Positions 38,182 through 47,665 of a DNA stretch of 64,000 nucleotides are shown piece by piece. Within the stretch, counting starts at the first letter, position 1, and each line of letters starts with the position of its first letter. The position numbers and the translations under genes are program-made. Origin of the DNA: Candidatus Omnitrophota bacterium (GTDB lineage Bacteria > Omnitrophota > Omnitrophia > Omnitrophales > Aquincolibacteriaceae); the NCBI GenBank assembly GCA_022705945.1, contig JAKJDL010000001.1, forward strand, positions 227,582 to 291,581, in the 5' to 3' direction. The notes under the pieces are model-generated. The model searched no databases, had not been told where the DNA came from, and saw only the letters and a program-made list of their open reading frames with translations.

Positions 38182-41100
38182 TCTGCATCAGATTATCGCA
38201 TTCTTTAAGGCATCCCACGTCTTGAAAATAGCTGTCCGTCTTGGGAAGAGATTCGGCCTTGCGTCGGAACTCATTGTAACGGCTGCCATACCATATTTTC
38301 TCAAAAGAGGTTACATTGATATTTCCCATGGTCTTTTTGACTCCACGACAGCAAGGGGCGACATCGCCGTCAGCCAGGACACGCGCAAACGCCCACCCCG
38401 CATAGCAAGGCATCTTCCCCGTACGCACTTCGTCATAGTTACCCGTCAAGGCTCCTTCGCACCGGAGCCGGGAAAGGAAACCGTCGAAATAATCCATTCT
38501 TAATTTTTTCTCTTCCGGAAGATTTTGCCATACTTTTTTCACCGCCTCGGCCTTTTGCAAGGCGATCTTCCGCTCTCCGGAATTTAAAAGCAGCTCTTCA
38601 GTTCCTTCCAAGGTATCCACCAAAGTGAAGTAGAGACCTTCGACGCCCAGGTCCAGGGCAAAACGGAACATTTCTTCAATTTCCATGTAGTTCAAATTGC
38701 ATATCACATTGCTCAAAACCACGGAAAGCCCTTGGTTTTTTTCTTTCATCAGGCGTTGCAGATTTTCATGAATCTGGCTAAAGCGGTCCGAAGAAGTTCC
38801 CGGATGTGTCTTCTGATAAATGAAGTCGCTCGCGGCCCAAAGGCTCACGGTCAATTCATCAATACCTGATTCTATCAATTTTTTCAGTTTGCCGTTGTTG
38901 ATAAGAGAAAAATTTGTCGTCACCGCACATCTCATACCGCTCGATTTTACAAGCCCGATAAATTCCATAATTTGCGGATGCAGAAACGGCTCCCCGCCGC
39001 CCGTAAATCTTATTTCTTTCGTTCCGAGTTTTTTTAGCGACGCTATAAGTTTTTTCGTCTCAGGGAAAGCCAATTCCTGTTTCAACCACCCGGCGGCAGG
39101 ACGCTTTTTCAAAAGCGGCGAGTAAAGCCAGCACCCGACGCATTTTTCATTACACCGGTTCGTCACATCAATGACAACCTGCTCGGGGCCGGCAAATGCC
39201 CGGCTACCGTGTCGCGCCCCCCTAATGACAGGGTCGGATTCTTTGCGGACTTCCGGCTTTGGTTTGAGAATTTTCGCTGCCAACTTCAAAATCATCTTTT
39301 CCCCCCATGTGAGGGACATGATTCTGTTGTGGATGTAAAGATTCCGCCCCACGTCATCGCAGCTTTTATAACAGCCTGCTTCCTTGGTGTCGGGATCATT
39401 GCCGATCATGGTAAAAAAAGAGTCTGTCTTTTTTTCTACCAGGGTTTTTTTGCGGAAATTCCTTTGCGATTCGCCGTTCCATATTTCTTTAAAACTGGAT
39501 TGGTGTAAATTACCTGTCGGGATCCGGTGGGCTTTCAGACACCCGTTAATATCCCCGTTCGGCATCACCCGAGCAAAATGCCAGCCGATATAACACGGCA
39601 TCTTGTCGATAATGTTCCGGTCATAAGTTGCCTTCATCAGATCGCTCGTTGAGGAAATTCTTCTTAAAAAAGACTGAAATCCAAAAAGGATCACTCCGTT
39701 GTATTTGTTTTTGTCATCCAAAACTCTCGCTATTTCCGTTGCCGAATCCTGAAGTTCACGGCTCTGCGCGGCATTCAGGAGAAGTTTATCGGTCTTCCCG
39801 GGCATGGTGTCAACCAGCGTGAATTCCACCGATTCACACTTGGTTTCCTTTGCGAAAAGAATCATGTCTTTTAGTTCGAAATAATTGAGCTTAGAAATAA
39901 CGTTGTATAGTTTGATGTAAGGGGTTTTGACTTTTGTCGCGTTTAAAAATTTCAGATTTTCCCTGATAGTTTCGAATGTGGCCTCATTTTTATTGGGGTG
40001 GGTGTCCGCATAGGTTTTAGCCGTGGCAGCCCAGGTGCTTACCGTAAGATGCTCAATTCCCAACCTGATGAGGTTTTCTATTTTTTCTTTATCGAGAAGC
40101 GTAAAGTTTGTGTTTACGTAACAAATGAACTGTTTTTTTTTGGCGTAAGCAAGAATCTCCATGATTTGAGGATGAATGAAAGGCTCTCCTCCGCCCGAGA
40201 AATAAATCTCCCGGGTTCCCATGGCCGATAATTGGTCCAAAAGCCGGATCACCAGATCAAAAGGAAGCTCCTGTCTTTTAATCTCCGGAGATAATAACCT
40301 CTCTTCCAGCAAAGGCGAATTGCACCAGCAGGCTATGCAGTCATTGTTGCAATTGTAGGTCAGATCGATTTGAACATGGTGAGGTCCCCTAAAAGCATAA
40401 TCACCCGTATAAATTCCCAATATATCTTGGTAGTTTTCTATTAATTTCCCTCCCCAAACATACCTGTGCAAATCTTTTAAGATAGTGAGAAGGCCCGCAT
40501 GCTTGAATTTATCCTTTAACGCTCCTAGCGGCCGGGGGTGTAAATAAAGTTGTTCTGCCTGCGTTATGTGAAAGACCTCATGCTCTTCCTTGATCCCCTT
40601 GAGAAATGCAAAAGCGGCCAGGTGCGGGAAGGAACCCTGGGAAGACAGTTTTAGGATGTGTTTGCCCGGGGTCACTTCAAGAACAGCCTCTCGAAACCAG
40701 CAAAGAGCGTCTTTTGTCCAGCCCTGCGTTGTCCGCCTCAGCCCCTCTCGCTGAATCAGCTTCCCGTCAAAATATATCTCGACCGGCCGTTCCTCCTGGC
40801 TGGCATAGCAGACATAGAAGGAATAAATTCCGGGCCTGGAAAAACCCAGTTCATACTGGGCAAAACTCCATCTCTGCCAACTGCAAACGATCATCTTGTC
40901 CGGAAAATCCGGAAGCGGAGATAAATTGCCGTCCGAAAACGCGGCTGCGGGCACTATAATTTTGGTTCCCGCTTCCGGAAGGGCTTTTTGAATAACACTT
41001 AACATTTTTTCCTGGGACAATGAAGCTTGTTTTCGTGCCTGCTTGCGCAAGAAGGCCTGATGAACCTCAAAGTTCATGCCCAGGTTATCGCAAGATTTCG

Positions 41101-42553
41101 CACATTGGATATTTTTGAAATACGGATGGCTTTTTTTCAGATTTTTTGCGTTATGCCTAAATTTCCGATAGGCAGAAGAATTCCATATCTTGGAAAACGA
41201 ATTCTGATTGATGTTTCCGAGGGGATGGTTCACGCTTTTGCAGCATGGGATAATCTCCCCCGTCGAAAGCACCCGCAAATACTTCCATCCAACGTAGCAG
41301 GGGATGGTGTTGATCATCTCCTCTTCGTATTTCTGATTGGAAGCGATTTCACGGGCCACTTCCCCATTTTCCGATCCTTGAGAAACATCGGGGTTGGGAA
41401 TACCCGCAAAACCACCTCCTCCCTGAGAAGCTGCATTTAATCGTTTCTCCAGGATGTAAAAACCAAACACGCGTAAAAACTTAAAGCTGATTTCTCCTTT
41501 TTTGTTCGCCGGGCAGCTCTTTCCCCAGCGGACACAGCGACGGCATTCCGAAAGAGGCATGGAGAATTTCAAACGGTGGCGGTAGGTTTCGATGAGCGGG
41601 TTATCTTCTTCCGGAGTGTGCGTGATTCCTTCGGGGCATGTTAACTGCCGGTTGATGACTCTTTTACGGCCAAGGATGCCCGGCTCTTCCTTAATCTGAA
41701 AACCCGGCGGCATACTGATAAAACGGCCGGGAAATTCCATCAGCTCCTTTTGTTCGTTTGTGTTTCCCCGGTCAAGATCCGTCATATTCCCAAGGTTCAA
41801 CTCCTTAAAATACAACCGATGATCCCGCGTTAATTCATAAAACTGTTTTTTGATTTCTTGCGCCTGGCGCGCGGAGAGAGAGAGAAAATCCGTCGCCCCC
41901 TTCACAATATCCATGAGCTGGAACTCCACGATTTCCGCATTCACCTCAAGGCAAAAATTCACCATCTCGCCTATTTCGGAGTAGTTTTGACTGCAAAGAA
42001 CATTATAGATTTTTACAAAGGGCAGATTCTTCTTTTGAAGAACTTTCAGGTCAGAAAGCCTTTGAAGGTTCTTTTTGAGGAGCAGGAAATCTTCCCTGCT
42101 CTTGCGCGGGTGGGTTTTGGCATAAGTTTCCGCCGTCCCTGCCCAAACACTTACGGTCAGCAAATCGAGATTGCTCCGGATCAGCCGTTGCATTTTTTCT
42201 TCATCAAGCAAGGTGAAATTTGTAATGACATTCAATTTAATATCATAACTTTTAATCAGCTCGATGATTTCAACGGCCTGTGGATGCATGAACGGCTCGC
42301 CTGCCCCCGAAATAATAATCTCCTCGGTACCCGCCGCTGAAAGTTCCCGGATCAAGGCTGTCGTTTTTTCAAAAGGAAGGATCTTGTTTTTGTCGCGGGG
42401 CGGTTTGGAAATAGACGGAGCGTGGACCCAGCATCCGATACATTGTTGATTGCATTGTCCGGTTAGGTCGATTTGGACGACTTGGGGTCCTTGGAAGGCG
42501 CGTTTCCCGTTTTTAACACCCTTCAAAAATTTAGAATCGAGTTCTTTCATCAA
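38132..42553 (-). CDS. 1473-aa protein of three tandem radical SAM/SPASM modules, with an internal ~200-aa domain of unknown function after module 1.
   Basis: Three CxxxCxxC-W sites: QIDLTGQCNQQCIGCW, QIDLTYNCNNDCIACW and VIDVTNRCNEKCVGCW. Each is followed by GAGEPF/GGGEPF and then a SPASM-like block: IPCYVGW...PCCKS...GNINQNSFSKIWNS..CAKSCD, MPCYIGW...GNLHQSSFKEIWNG..CYKSCD, and MPCYAGW...PCCRG...GNINVTSFEKIWYG..CLKECD. A single uninterrupted ORF is present in the provided track. Confidence 0.85.
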   Translation of the reverse strand: MMKELDSKFLKGVKNGKRAFQGPQVVQIDLTGQCNQQCIGCWVHAPSISKPPRDKNKILPFEKTTALIRELSAAGTEEIIISGAGEPFMHPQAVEIIELIKSYDIKLNVITNFTLLDEEKMQRLIRSNLDLLTVSVWAGTAETYAKTHPRKSREDFLLLKKNLQRLSDLKVLQKKNLPFVKIYNVLCSQNYSEIGEMVNFCLEVNAEIVEFQLMDIVKGATDFLSLSARQAQEIKKQFYELTRDHRLYFKELNLGNMTDLDRGNTNEQKELMEFPGRFISMPPGFQIKEEPGILGRKRVINRQLTCPEGITHTPEEDNPLIETYRHRLKFSMPLSECRRCVRWGKSCPANKKGEISFKFLRVFGFYILEKRLNAASQGGGGFAGIPNPDVSQGSENGEVAREIASNQKYEEEMINTIPCYVGWKYLRVLSTGEIIPCCKSVNHPLGNINQNSFSKIWNSSAYRKFRHNAKNLKKSHPYFKNIQCAKSCDNLGMNFEVHQAFLRKQARKQASLSQEKMLSVIQKALPEAGTKIIVPAAAFSDGNLSPLPDFPDKMIVCSWQRWSFAQYELGFSRPGIYSFYVCYASQEERPVEIYFDGKLIQREGLRRTTQGWTKDALCWFREAVLEVTPGKHILKLSSQGSFPHLAAFAFLKGIKEEHEVFHITQAEQLYLHPRPLGALKDKFKHAGLLTILKDLHRYVWGGKLIENYQDILGIYTGDYAFRGPHHVQIDLTYNCNNDCIACWCNSPLLEERLLSPEIKRQELPFDLVIRLLDQLSAMGTREIYFSGGGEPFIHPQIMEILAYAKKKQFICYVNTNFTLLDKEKIENLIRLGIEHLTVSTWAATAKTYADTHPNKNEATFETIRENLKFLNATKVKTPYIKLYNVISKLNYFELKDMILFAKETKCESVEFTLVDTMPGKTDKLLLNAAQSRELQDSATEIARVLDDKNKYNGVILFGFQSFLRRISSTSDLMKATYDRNIIDKMPCYIGWHFARVMPNGDINGCLKAHRIPTGNLHQSSFKEIWNGESQRNFRKKTLVEKKTDSFFTMIGNDPDTKEAGCYKSCDDVGRNLYIHNRIMSLTWGEKMILKLAAKILKPKPEVRKESDPVIRGARHGSRAFAGPEQVVIDVTNRCNEKCVGCWLYSPLLKKRPAAGWLKQELAFPETKKLIASLKKLGTKEIRFTGGGEPFLHPQIMEFIGLVKSSGMRCAVTTNFSLINNGKLKKLIESGIDELTVSLWAASDFIYQKTHPGTSSDRFSQIHENLQRLMKEKNQGLSVVLSNVICNLNYMEIEEMFRFALDLGVEGLYFTLVDTLEGTEELLLNSGERKIALQKAEAVKKVWQNLPEEKKLRMDYFDGFLSRLRCEGALTGNYDEVRTGKMPCYAGWAFARVLADGDVAPCCRGVKKTMGNINVTSFEKIWYGSRYNEFRRKAESLPKTDSYFQDVGCLKECDNLMQNEKIYTRIYGSDQRFS

Positions 42554-44952
42554 TTTTTTTGAGAATAACGCAGGTAGGCATAGGTTTTGGCCAAAGAATG
42601 CTTCAAACCTTTGCTGTGAGTTAAATCCAAAAATGCTTTAACACGGCCCGATAACCGCGTTTTTTTTCTTCGGTGTTCACCCCACGTTTTATAAGCATCC
42701 TTTTTTGCTTGAACAAGCGCCTGGGGCGTAAGCAAATCCGGTTTAAAAATACAGTTTTGATGACCGTCATATTCGTCCCAGTTTTTCGTCAGAATTTTTC
42801 CTGACCGGTCCAACTCGTCAAAAAGGGCTGTGCCCGGAAAAGGCGTCAGGATCGAGAATTGAACGGAATCCGGATCGCAGGCAATGGCGTAGCGAACGGT
42901 CTTTTGAATGCTTTCCTCCGTTTCCCGCATGAACCCGAAACAAAAAGTGAGATGCACTTTAATGCCGAGAGATCGGGTAAATTTGATCATCCGGGTGGTT
43001 TTGTCGAGATCCATTTTTTTCCCGGATTCCTCCAGAAGAAACTTGTCCGGAGATTCCACCCCGTATTTCACAGCGAAAAGTCCGGCGGACTTCATCTCCC
43101 GGAGAATTTGCTCGTCCATCAGATCAGCCCTGGCCATGATCGCCCAGGGCACTTTGTGCAATCCCCGGTCCTTAAGGAGTTTGCAAAACTCAAGCATCCT
43201 TTCTTTACCGATGTTGAAGGTGTCATCGTCAAAGTATACCGATCTGTAATGCTTCTCCCTGACGAGATATTCCATTTCATCAAGCACATCTTCAAGATCT
43301 CGAACCCGGTAATGATTCCCGCCATACATGACTTGAGGCCAAAGGCAAAAGCTGCAACCAAAACTGCATCCCCGCGATGCAAGCATTTGAACGGAGGGAT
43401 AGGGAATGTCTCCCGGAAGGTCCCAATAGTATTCCATGCCGGCCATCGTGCGATCAGGCCATGGTAACAAGTTGATGTCGGACGGTTCACGCGGCGGGTT
43501 TTTTACCGCTTTTCCCCTGTCTCGGTAGATCAGCCCGGCGATGCCAGAAAGTTCGCGGCCATCCTGCAAATGCCGGATCAATTCCAGCAATGTAAATTCG
43601 TATTCCCCGCACAGAACGAAATCAACGAATTCATGTTTCTCCAGGAATTCAGTGTTATAGATTTCGGCGTGAGGACCGCATAGAACAATAAATTTGCCGG
43701 TTTGAGAAAGCTTTTTAATGAACTTGAGATCATTGTTAAAGGAAGGAACGGACGTTTCAATGATGAAGTAGTCGGCATCGGAACTCAAAACCCTTTCCAT
43801 AAATCCGCGCTCCGTAATTTTTTCAGCAACCGCGTCGATCACGAGCGCATCCATGTTGTTTTTCCGAAGCAAGGATGCGGCATAAGCCAGAAAAAAAGGG
43901 AACGGCGTATAGAGGCCCTCGGACTCGTCTTTAAGATGAGGCCAGCGGGAACCGGCCCGGACCCCCCGTTTACTTCCGTCTCGCCATGGCAGATTTAACA
44001 ATAACGCCGAAGGCCTTTTCCCGCGAAGAAACTGCGGAGTTTTCCGATCAGCCTTTTTTTCGGCCTGGTCATCCCTCCAAAAAGCTTCTTGCCGCAATCG
44101 CTCCATTTTTTCATCAAGCTCTTGAGGTGAATCATATAAAGTGATAAGGGCAGAAAAGGACATAGCTTCTTTTGCCTTGTAAGAAATTCTCCCTTGGGTC
44201 CTGAACCCGACGATAAGCGCACCGTTCGGGGAAGGCGTGCCTTGAACAACAGGGAACAGAACCCCCTCCCTGGTTTCAATCGAGAAAGCGTGAGTCTGAT
44301 TATCCCGGACAGGAAAACGCGCTCCGACCATGGTAGCCGTTTGATCTTCCAGACACAGGCTGTGCCAATTTCTATCCGGACGAGGAATATCAGAAATTCT
44401 ATAATCACAGAACCAGCTTTTATAACAAGCCCGCATCAAACAAACATAACGGGTTTCATTGATGTGCATTTGCTCTTCAAATTCCGTGACCACTTTCCAC
44501 CTGATCTTTTTTTCGCTCAATATTTCTACCGTCCAGATTTGATGAAGCCGCAGCTCTTTATAACTCACCTTGAATTTAAATTCTTCACCGCCATTCTCCA
44601 GCATCGACCATTCCGCTTTTGAAGAATCAGTCCATAACCCCAGAGAATGGACCGCCGTGTTTAACCCGAGGTGTGTTAACTCGTATCGGTTATAAAAAAA
44701 TTTAACGCCGCATTCATAAAACAAAATATCCAGCTTCCCCGAAGAAATTTTTTGGCTGGGACAAACTTTTTCAACCGCCTGCCATCCTTCCGGAGCCATG
44801 ATGTTTGTGTACACCCATTTCCGGATCAAAAAAACCATGTAGGAAAAACCTTTGCCAAGGGCATGCCTCCACCCCCGCTCCCTGACATATCCGTTAAATT
44901 TTGAGAGCCCCTGTTTAAGCTTCAATTTCGATCTCTCCTTCAAAATAATCAT
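42550..44952 (-). CDS. Cobalamin-binding radical SAM protein (class B) with a ~300-aa N-terminal extra domain.
   Basis: B12-binding region ALVIDAV...FIVLCGPHA and radical SAM motif ASRGCSFGCSFC. The N-terminal domain is homologous to the Wzt C-terminal segment (see findings). There is a 4-nt ATGA overlap with the downstream gene. Confidence 0.85.
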   Translation of the reverse strand: MIILKERSKLKLKQGLSKFNGYVRERGWRHALGKGFSYMVFLIRKWVYTNIMAPEGWQAVEKVCPSQKISSGKLDILFYECGVKFFYNRYELTHLGLNTAVHSLGLWTDSSKAEWSMLENGGEEFKFKVSYKELRLHQIWTVEILSEKKIRWKVVTEFEEQMHINETRYVCLMRACYKSWFCDYRISDIPRPDRNWHSLCLEDQTATMVGARFPVRDNQTHAFSIETREGVLFPVVQGTPSPNGALIVGFRTQGRISYKAKEAMSFSALITLYDSPQELDEKMERLRQEAFWRDDQAEKKADRKTPQFLRGKRPSALLLNLPWRDGSKRGVRAGSRWPHLKDESEGLYTPFPFFLAYAASLLRKNNMDALVIDAVAEKITERGFMERVLSSDADYFIIETSVPSFNNDLKFIKKLSQTGKFIVLCGPHAEIYNTEFLEKHEFVDFVLCGEYEFTLLELIRHLQDGRELSGIAGLIYRDRGKAVKNPPREPSDINLLPWPDRTMAGMEYYWDLPGDIPYPSVQMLASRGCSFGCSFCLWPQVMYGGNHYRVRDLEDVLDEMEYLVREKHYRSVYFDDDTFNIGKERMLEFCKLLKDRGLHKVPWAIMARADLMDEQILREMKSAGLFAVKYGVESPDKFLLEESGKKMDLDKTTRMIKFTRSLGIKVHLTFCFGFMRETEESIQKTVRYAIACDPDSVQFSILTPFPGTALFDELDRSGKILTKNWDEYDGHQNCIFKPDLLTPQALVQAKKDAYKTWGEHRRKKTRLSGRVKAFLDLTHSKGLKHSLAKTYAYLRYSQKN

Positions 44953-47665
44953 ACTTTCCGGGCAACATTATTTGATTTTGCTCTCTCTGGAACTGGAGAA
45001 GGCGCCCGCAATACAATTGGTCCGTGTTTTCAATAACACCTCTCATTTCAGGACGGTTTTTACTCCTGAATTTAACGCGCAGAAAACCATTCCCGCAAGC
45101 TTCAATCTCCGAATCCTTCCCGTACCAAAACCGGAAAGGCAAAATGTCATATTGAGCCGTGTAATCCCCGGTAAACTTTCCCTTGGCCCCTCCGGATGAA
45201 CTCCAACGCCTGAAATCGGAAGAAAGCATCAGGTTGGCCTGATGTATTTCCAAATTGCATTTTTCATAAACTTCCATCACAACTTTCCAGTGAAGTGTTT
45301 TTTTGCTTTTGAAAAAAAACGACCAGGACTGAGAAACGGGGATGTGAGTCCAATGGCCCACCACACGTATTTTGTTATCTGCTTTTTCGATGAGATCCCA
45401 GGCGGCCTGATACGAGTCAAACCAAACATTGGAGGAACGAATCGATGTGAAAACACCCAAGCCGCAGGTCAATTCCTTCGGACCTAAACACAATTTGCTT
45501 TTGCCTCTGGAAAAAACAAATCGCCGGTCCGTTGAGGCAATCTCATACTCGCGATCGCCGGCCGCATCCCGATCAAAATACGGTTCCGCATCGAACGTTA
45601 CCTTCCCGTGAAAATAAACATGCTCTCCCGGCGCAAAGTAAACCTGATCATAAAAAACGATAGGTGAAAACTGGACGCAGGTCTCAGAGGTTTCTTCCGG
45701 CGCTGCTTTTTCAAAAACGGTCAAAATGGATCTGTCTGTTTTCTGGCAGGTTTCAAAAGCCAGATTGGAAAAAACAGAACCTTGTTTAGAGCCCAGAAGA
45801 ATCTTAGAAATCTTGTTCTCTTTCATTCTCACGGCGCTGAACATCTTTTCAGGACCAGCGCCTTCAAATCCGTTTTTCTCATATCTCGTCTGCCACTCCC
45901 GAAAGGGGGCATTCAACTCCATTCGGAAACTTCGATCTTTCATCTTGATCTTTTTGGAATTTTTAACTGTGACTTTAATATCAACCGAATTGGTTTCGCT
46001 GATTGAAAATTCGTAAATTTGGTAAAGATCCATCGGTTCAACAAAAGCATCGTAATAAAGAATCAAGCTGATGTTTTTCTCGTCCTTTTTTTTAACTTCC
46101 ATGGAGATACAATGCTCAAACGGCAAAACGGAATGGAAAGCGCCTCGGCTTCCGCTGACTTCCTGCCCCTTGAAATACAGCCTTATAGCCCTATGGTTCG
46201 TATCTATAAAAAGCCGCACATGATCGGAACCGATACTGTGAGAGGCTAAAAACTTTTCGGAAGGTTTGGTTTCTTTTGAGGAGAGTCTGGCGGCATCTTG
46301 TCCCGGGGATTCGCCAATCCGGACAGGCTTGATATTATGAAAAATATCTTCAAATTCCTCTTTGGCTTTGAGAAAGCGAATGGTCAAAGTGCTGGTCTTG
46401 GCCAGGAAGTGAGTTTGAACAACTCTTGAGGCTGTATCAAAACCCGTGTTGTGGATTTTAAATAAACAATCTTTCCGTTCTGCTTTGAAAAACAAAAAGG
46501 GGAGGCCTTTTTTTTCTTCTTTCGGCATGAGGCCCAGCACGGAGAGATCGTTTTCCAGGTTTAAAATTTCTTCTCTGTCGCCGGTAAAATTCGGAAAAAC
46601 AATTTCCTTGTTTAAGGTTTTGCATTTGGAATATTCGGAGGGGAAAGGCATGTCCATATAAAACTCTTTTGCACCCTTTTCCTCCGTCTCAAAAGCAAGA
46701 TCCAATTCCCTGCCGCGAAGACTCATCCGCCAAGCCTGCAAAACCTTCCCGCCCGCATCTTTCCCCGTTGCCGCGGCTTCTTCCTTTTTCAAGAGTTCAA
46801 CCTCCCAACTCAGGTTTGCGGAAGACACTTTGCAACCTTCATGGGGGGAAAGAACCACATACCCTCCGTTGCCATGGGAAATCAGATTCCCGCCTTGGTT
46901 TAAAAACAAACGCCCATTATTGAAAACGATCCGGGCATGTGGGTTTTCAAGAACACAAATTCCTTTTTTGTTGCCACAGGTTTCGATGTAATGAGGAATT
47001 ACCGCTTCGGGATCCCCTGCGGCTGTTTTTTTTCCTTTTTCCAACAACACAACCCGATCGCATAGTTTCTTGACCATATTCATGTCGTGGCTGACGACCA
47101 AAATGGTCTTGCCGGCATCCTTGAGTTCAAACACTTTTTTAATGCACTTTTGCTGCGCGTCTTGATCCCCCACGGCAAGAATATCATCTATCAGCAAAAT
47201 GTCCGGATCCGAAAAGATCGCCAGGGCAAAAGCCAGTCTCATGTACATCCCCTGAGAATAATATTTGATGGGTGCGTTTATAAACCGCCCCAGCCCCGAA
47301 AATTCAACGATTTTATTGATCTTCTCGTTAAGGGAGTTCTCGCTGATACCGTAGACCCCGGCATTTAAAACGATATTTTCGCGACCGGTAAATTCATGAT
47401 CAAAGCCTGCTCCCAGCTCCATCAGAGCACTTACGCGTCCGTTGACATCGAGACTGCCTTTATCGGGCATCAGCATCCCGGCGATCAAGCGGAGCAACGT
47501 TGTCTTTCCCGCACCATTCTCGCCTATCACCCCCACTACTTCCCCTTTGGCAACCGTCAGGCTCAAGTCCTGCAAAGCCCATACTTCTTCCCAGGAAACC
47601 TTTCCCGCCTCAACAAACTTGACGCGATATTTTTCCCAAAGATTCTGAATCGTTATGGCATTCAT
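44915..47665 (-). CDS. wzt: Polysaccharide ABC exporter ATP-binding protein Wzt/KpsT/TagH type, with a ~680-aa C-terminal extension.
   Basis: Walker A GENGAGKTT, signature YSQGMYMRLAFA and Walker B ILLIDDILAVGD within the first ~235 aa. A long non-ABC C-terminal region follows. Confidence 0.9.
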   Translation of the reverse strand: MNAITIQNLWEKYRVKFVEAGKVSWEEVWALQDLSLTVAKGEVVGVIGENGAGKTTLLRLIAGMLMPDKGSLDVNGRVSALMELGAGFDHEFTGRENIVLNAGVYGISENSLNEKINKIVEFSGLGRFINAPIKYYSQGMYMRLAFALAIFSDPDILLIDDILAVGDQDAQQKCIKKVFELKDAGKTILVVSHDMNMVKKLCDRVVLLEKGKKTAAGDPEAVIPHYIETCGNKKGICVLENPHARIVFNNGRLFLNQGGNLISHGNGGYVVLSPHEGCKVSSANLSWEVELLKKEEAAATGKDAGGKVLQAWRMSLRGRELDLAFETEEKGAKEFYMDMPFPSEYSKCKTLNKEIVFPNFTGDREEILNLENDLSVLGLMPKEEKKGLPFLFFKAERKDCLFKIHNTGFDTASRVVQTHFLAKTSTLTIRFLKAKEEFEDIFHNIKPVRIGESPGQDAARLSSKETKPSEKFLASHSIGSDHVRLFIDTNHRAIRLYFKGQEVSGSRGAFHSVLPFEHCISMEVKKKDEKNISLILYYDAFVEPMDLYQIYEFSISETNSVDIKVTVKNSKKIKMKDRSFRMELNAPFREWQTRYEKNGFEGAGPEKMFSAVRMKENKISKILLGSKQGSVFSNLAFETCQKTDRSILTVFEKAAPEETSETCVQFSPIVFYDQVYFAPGEHVYFHGKVTFDAEPYFDRDAAGDREYEIASTDRRFVFSRGKSKLCLGPKELTCGLGVFTSIRSSNVWFDSYQAAWDLIEKADNKIRVVGHWTHIPVSQSWSFFFKSKKTLHWKVVMEVYEKCNLEIHQANLMLSSDFRRWSSSGGAKGKFTGDYTAQYDILPFRFWYGKDSEIEACGNGFLRVKFRSKNRPEMRGVIENTDQLYCGRLLQFQREQNQIMLPGKYDYFEGEIEIEA

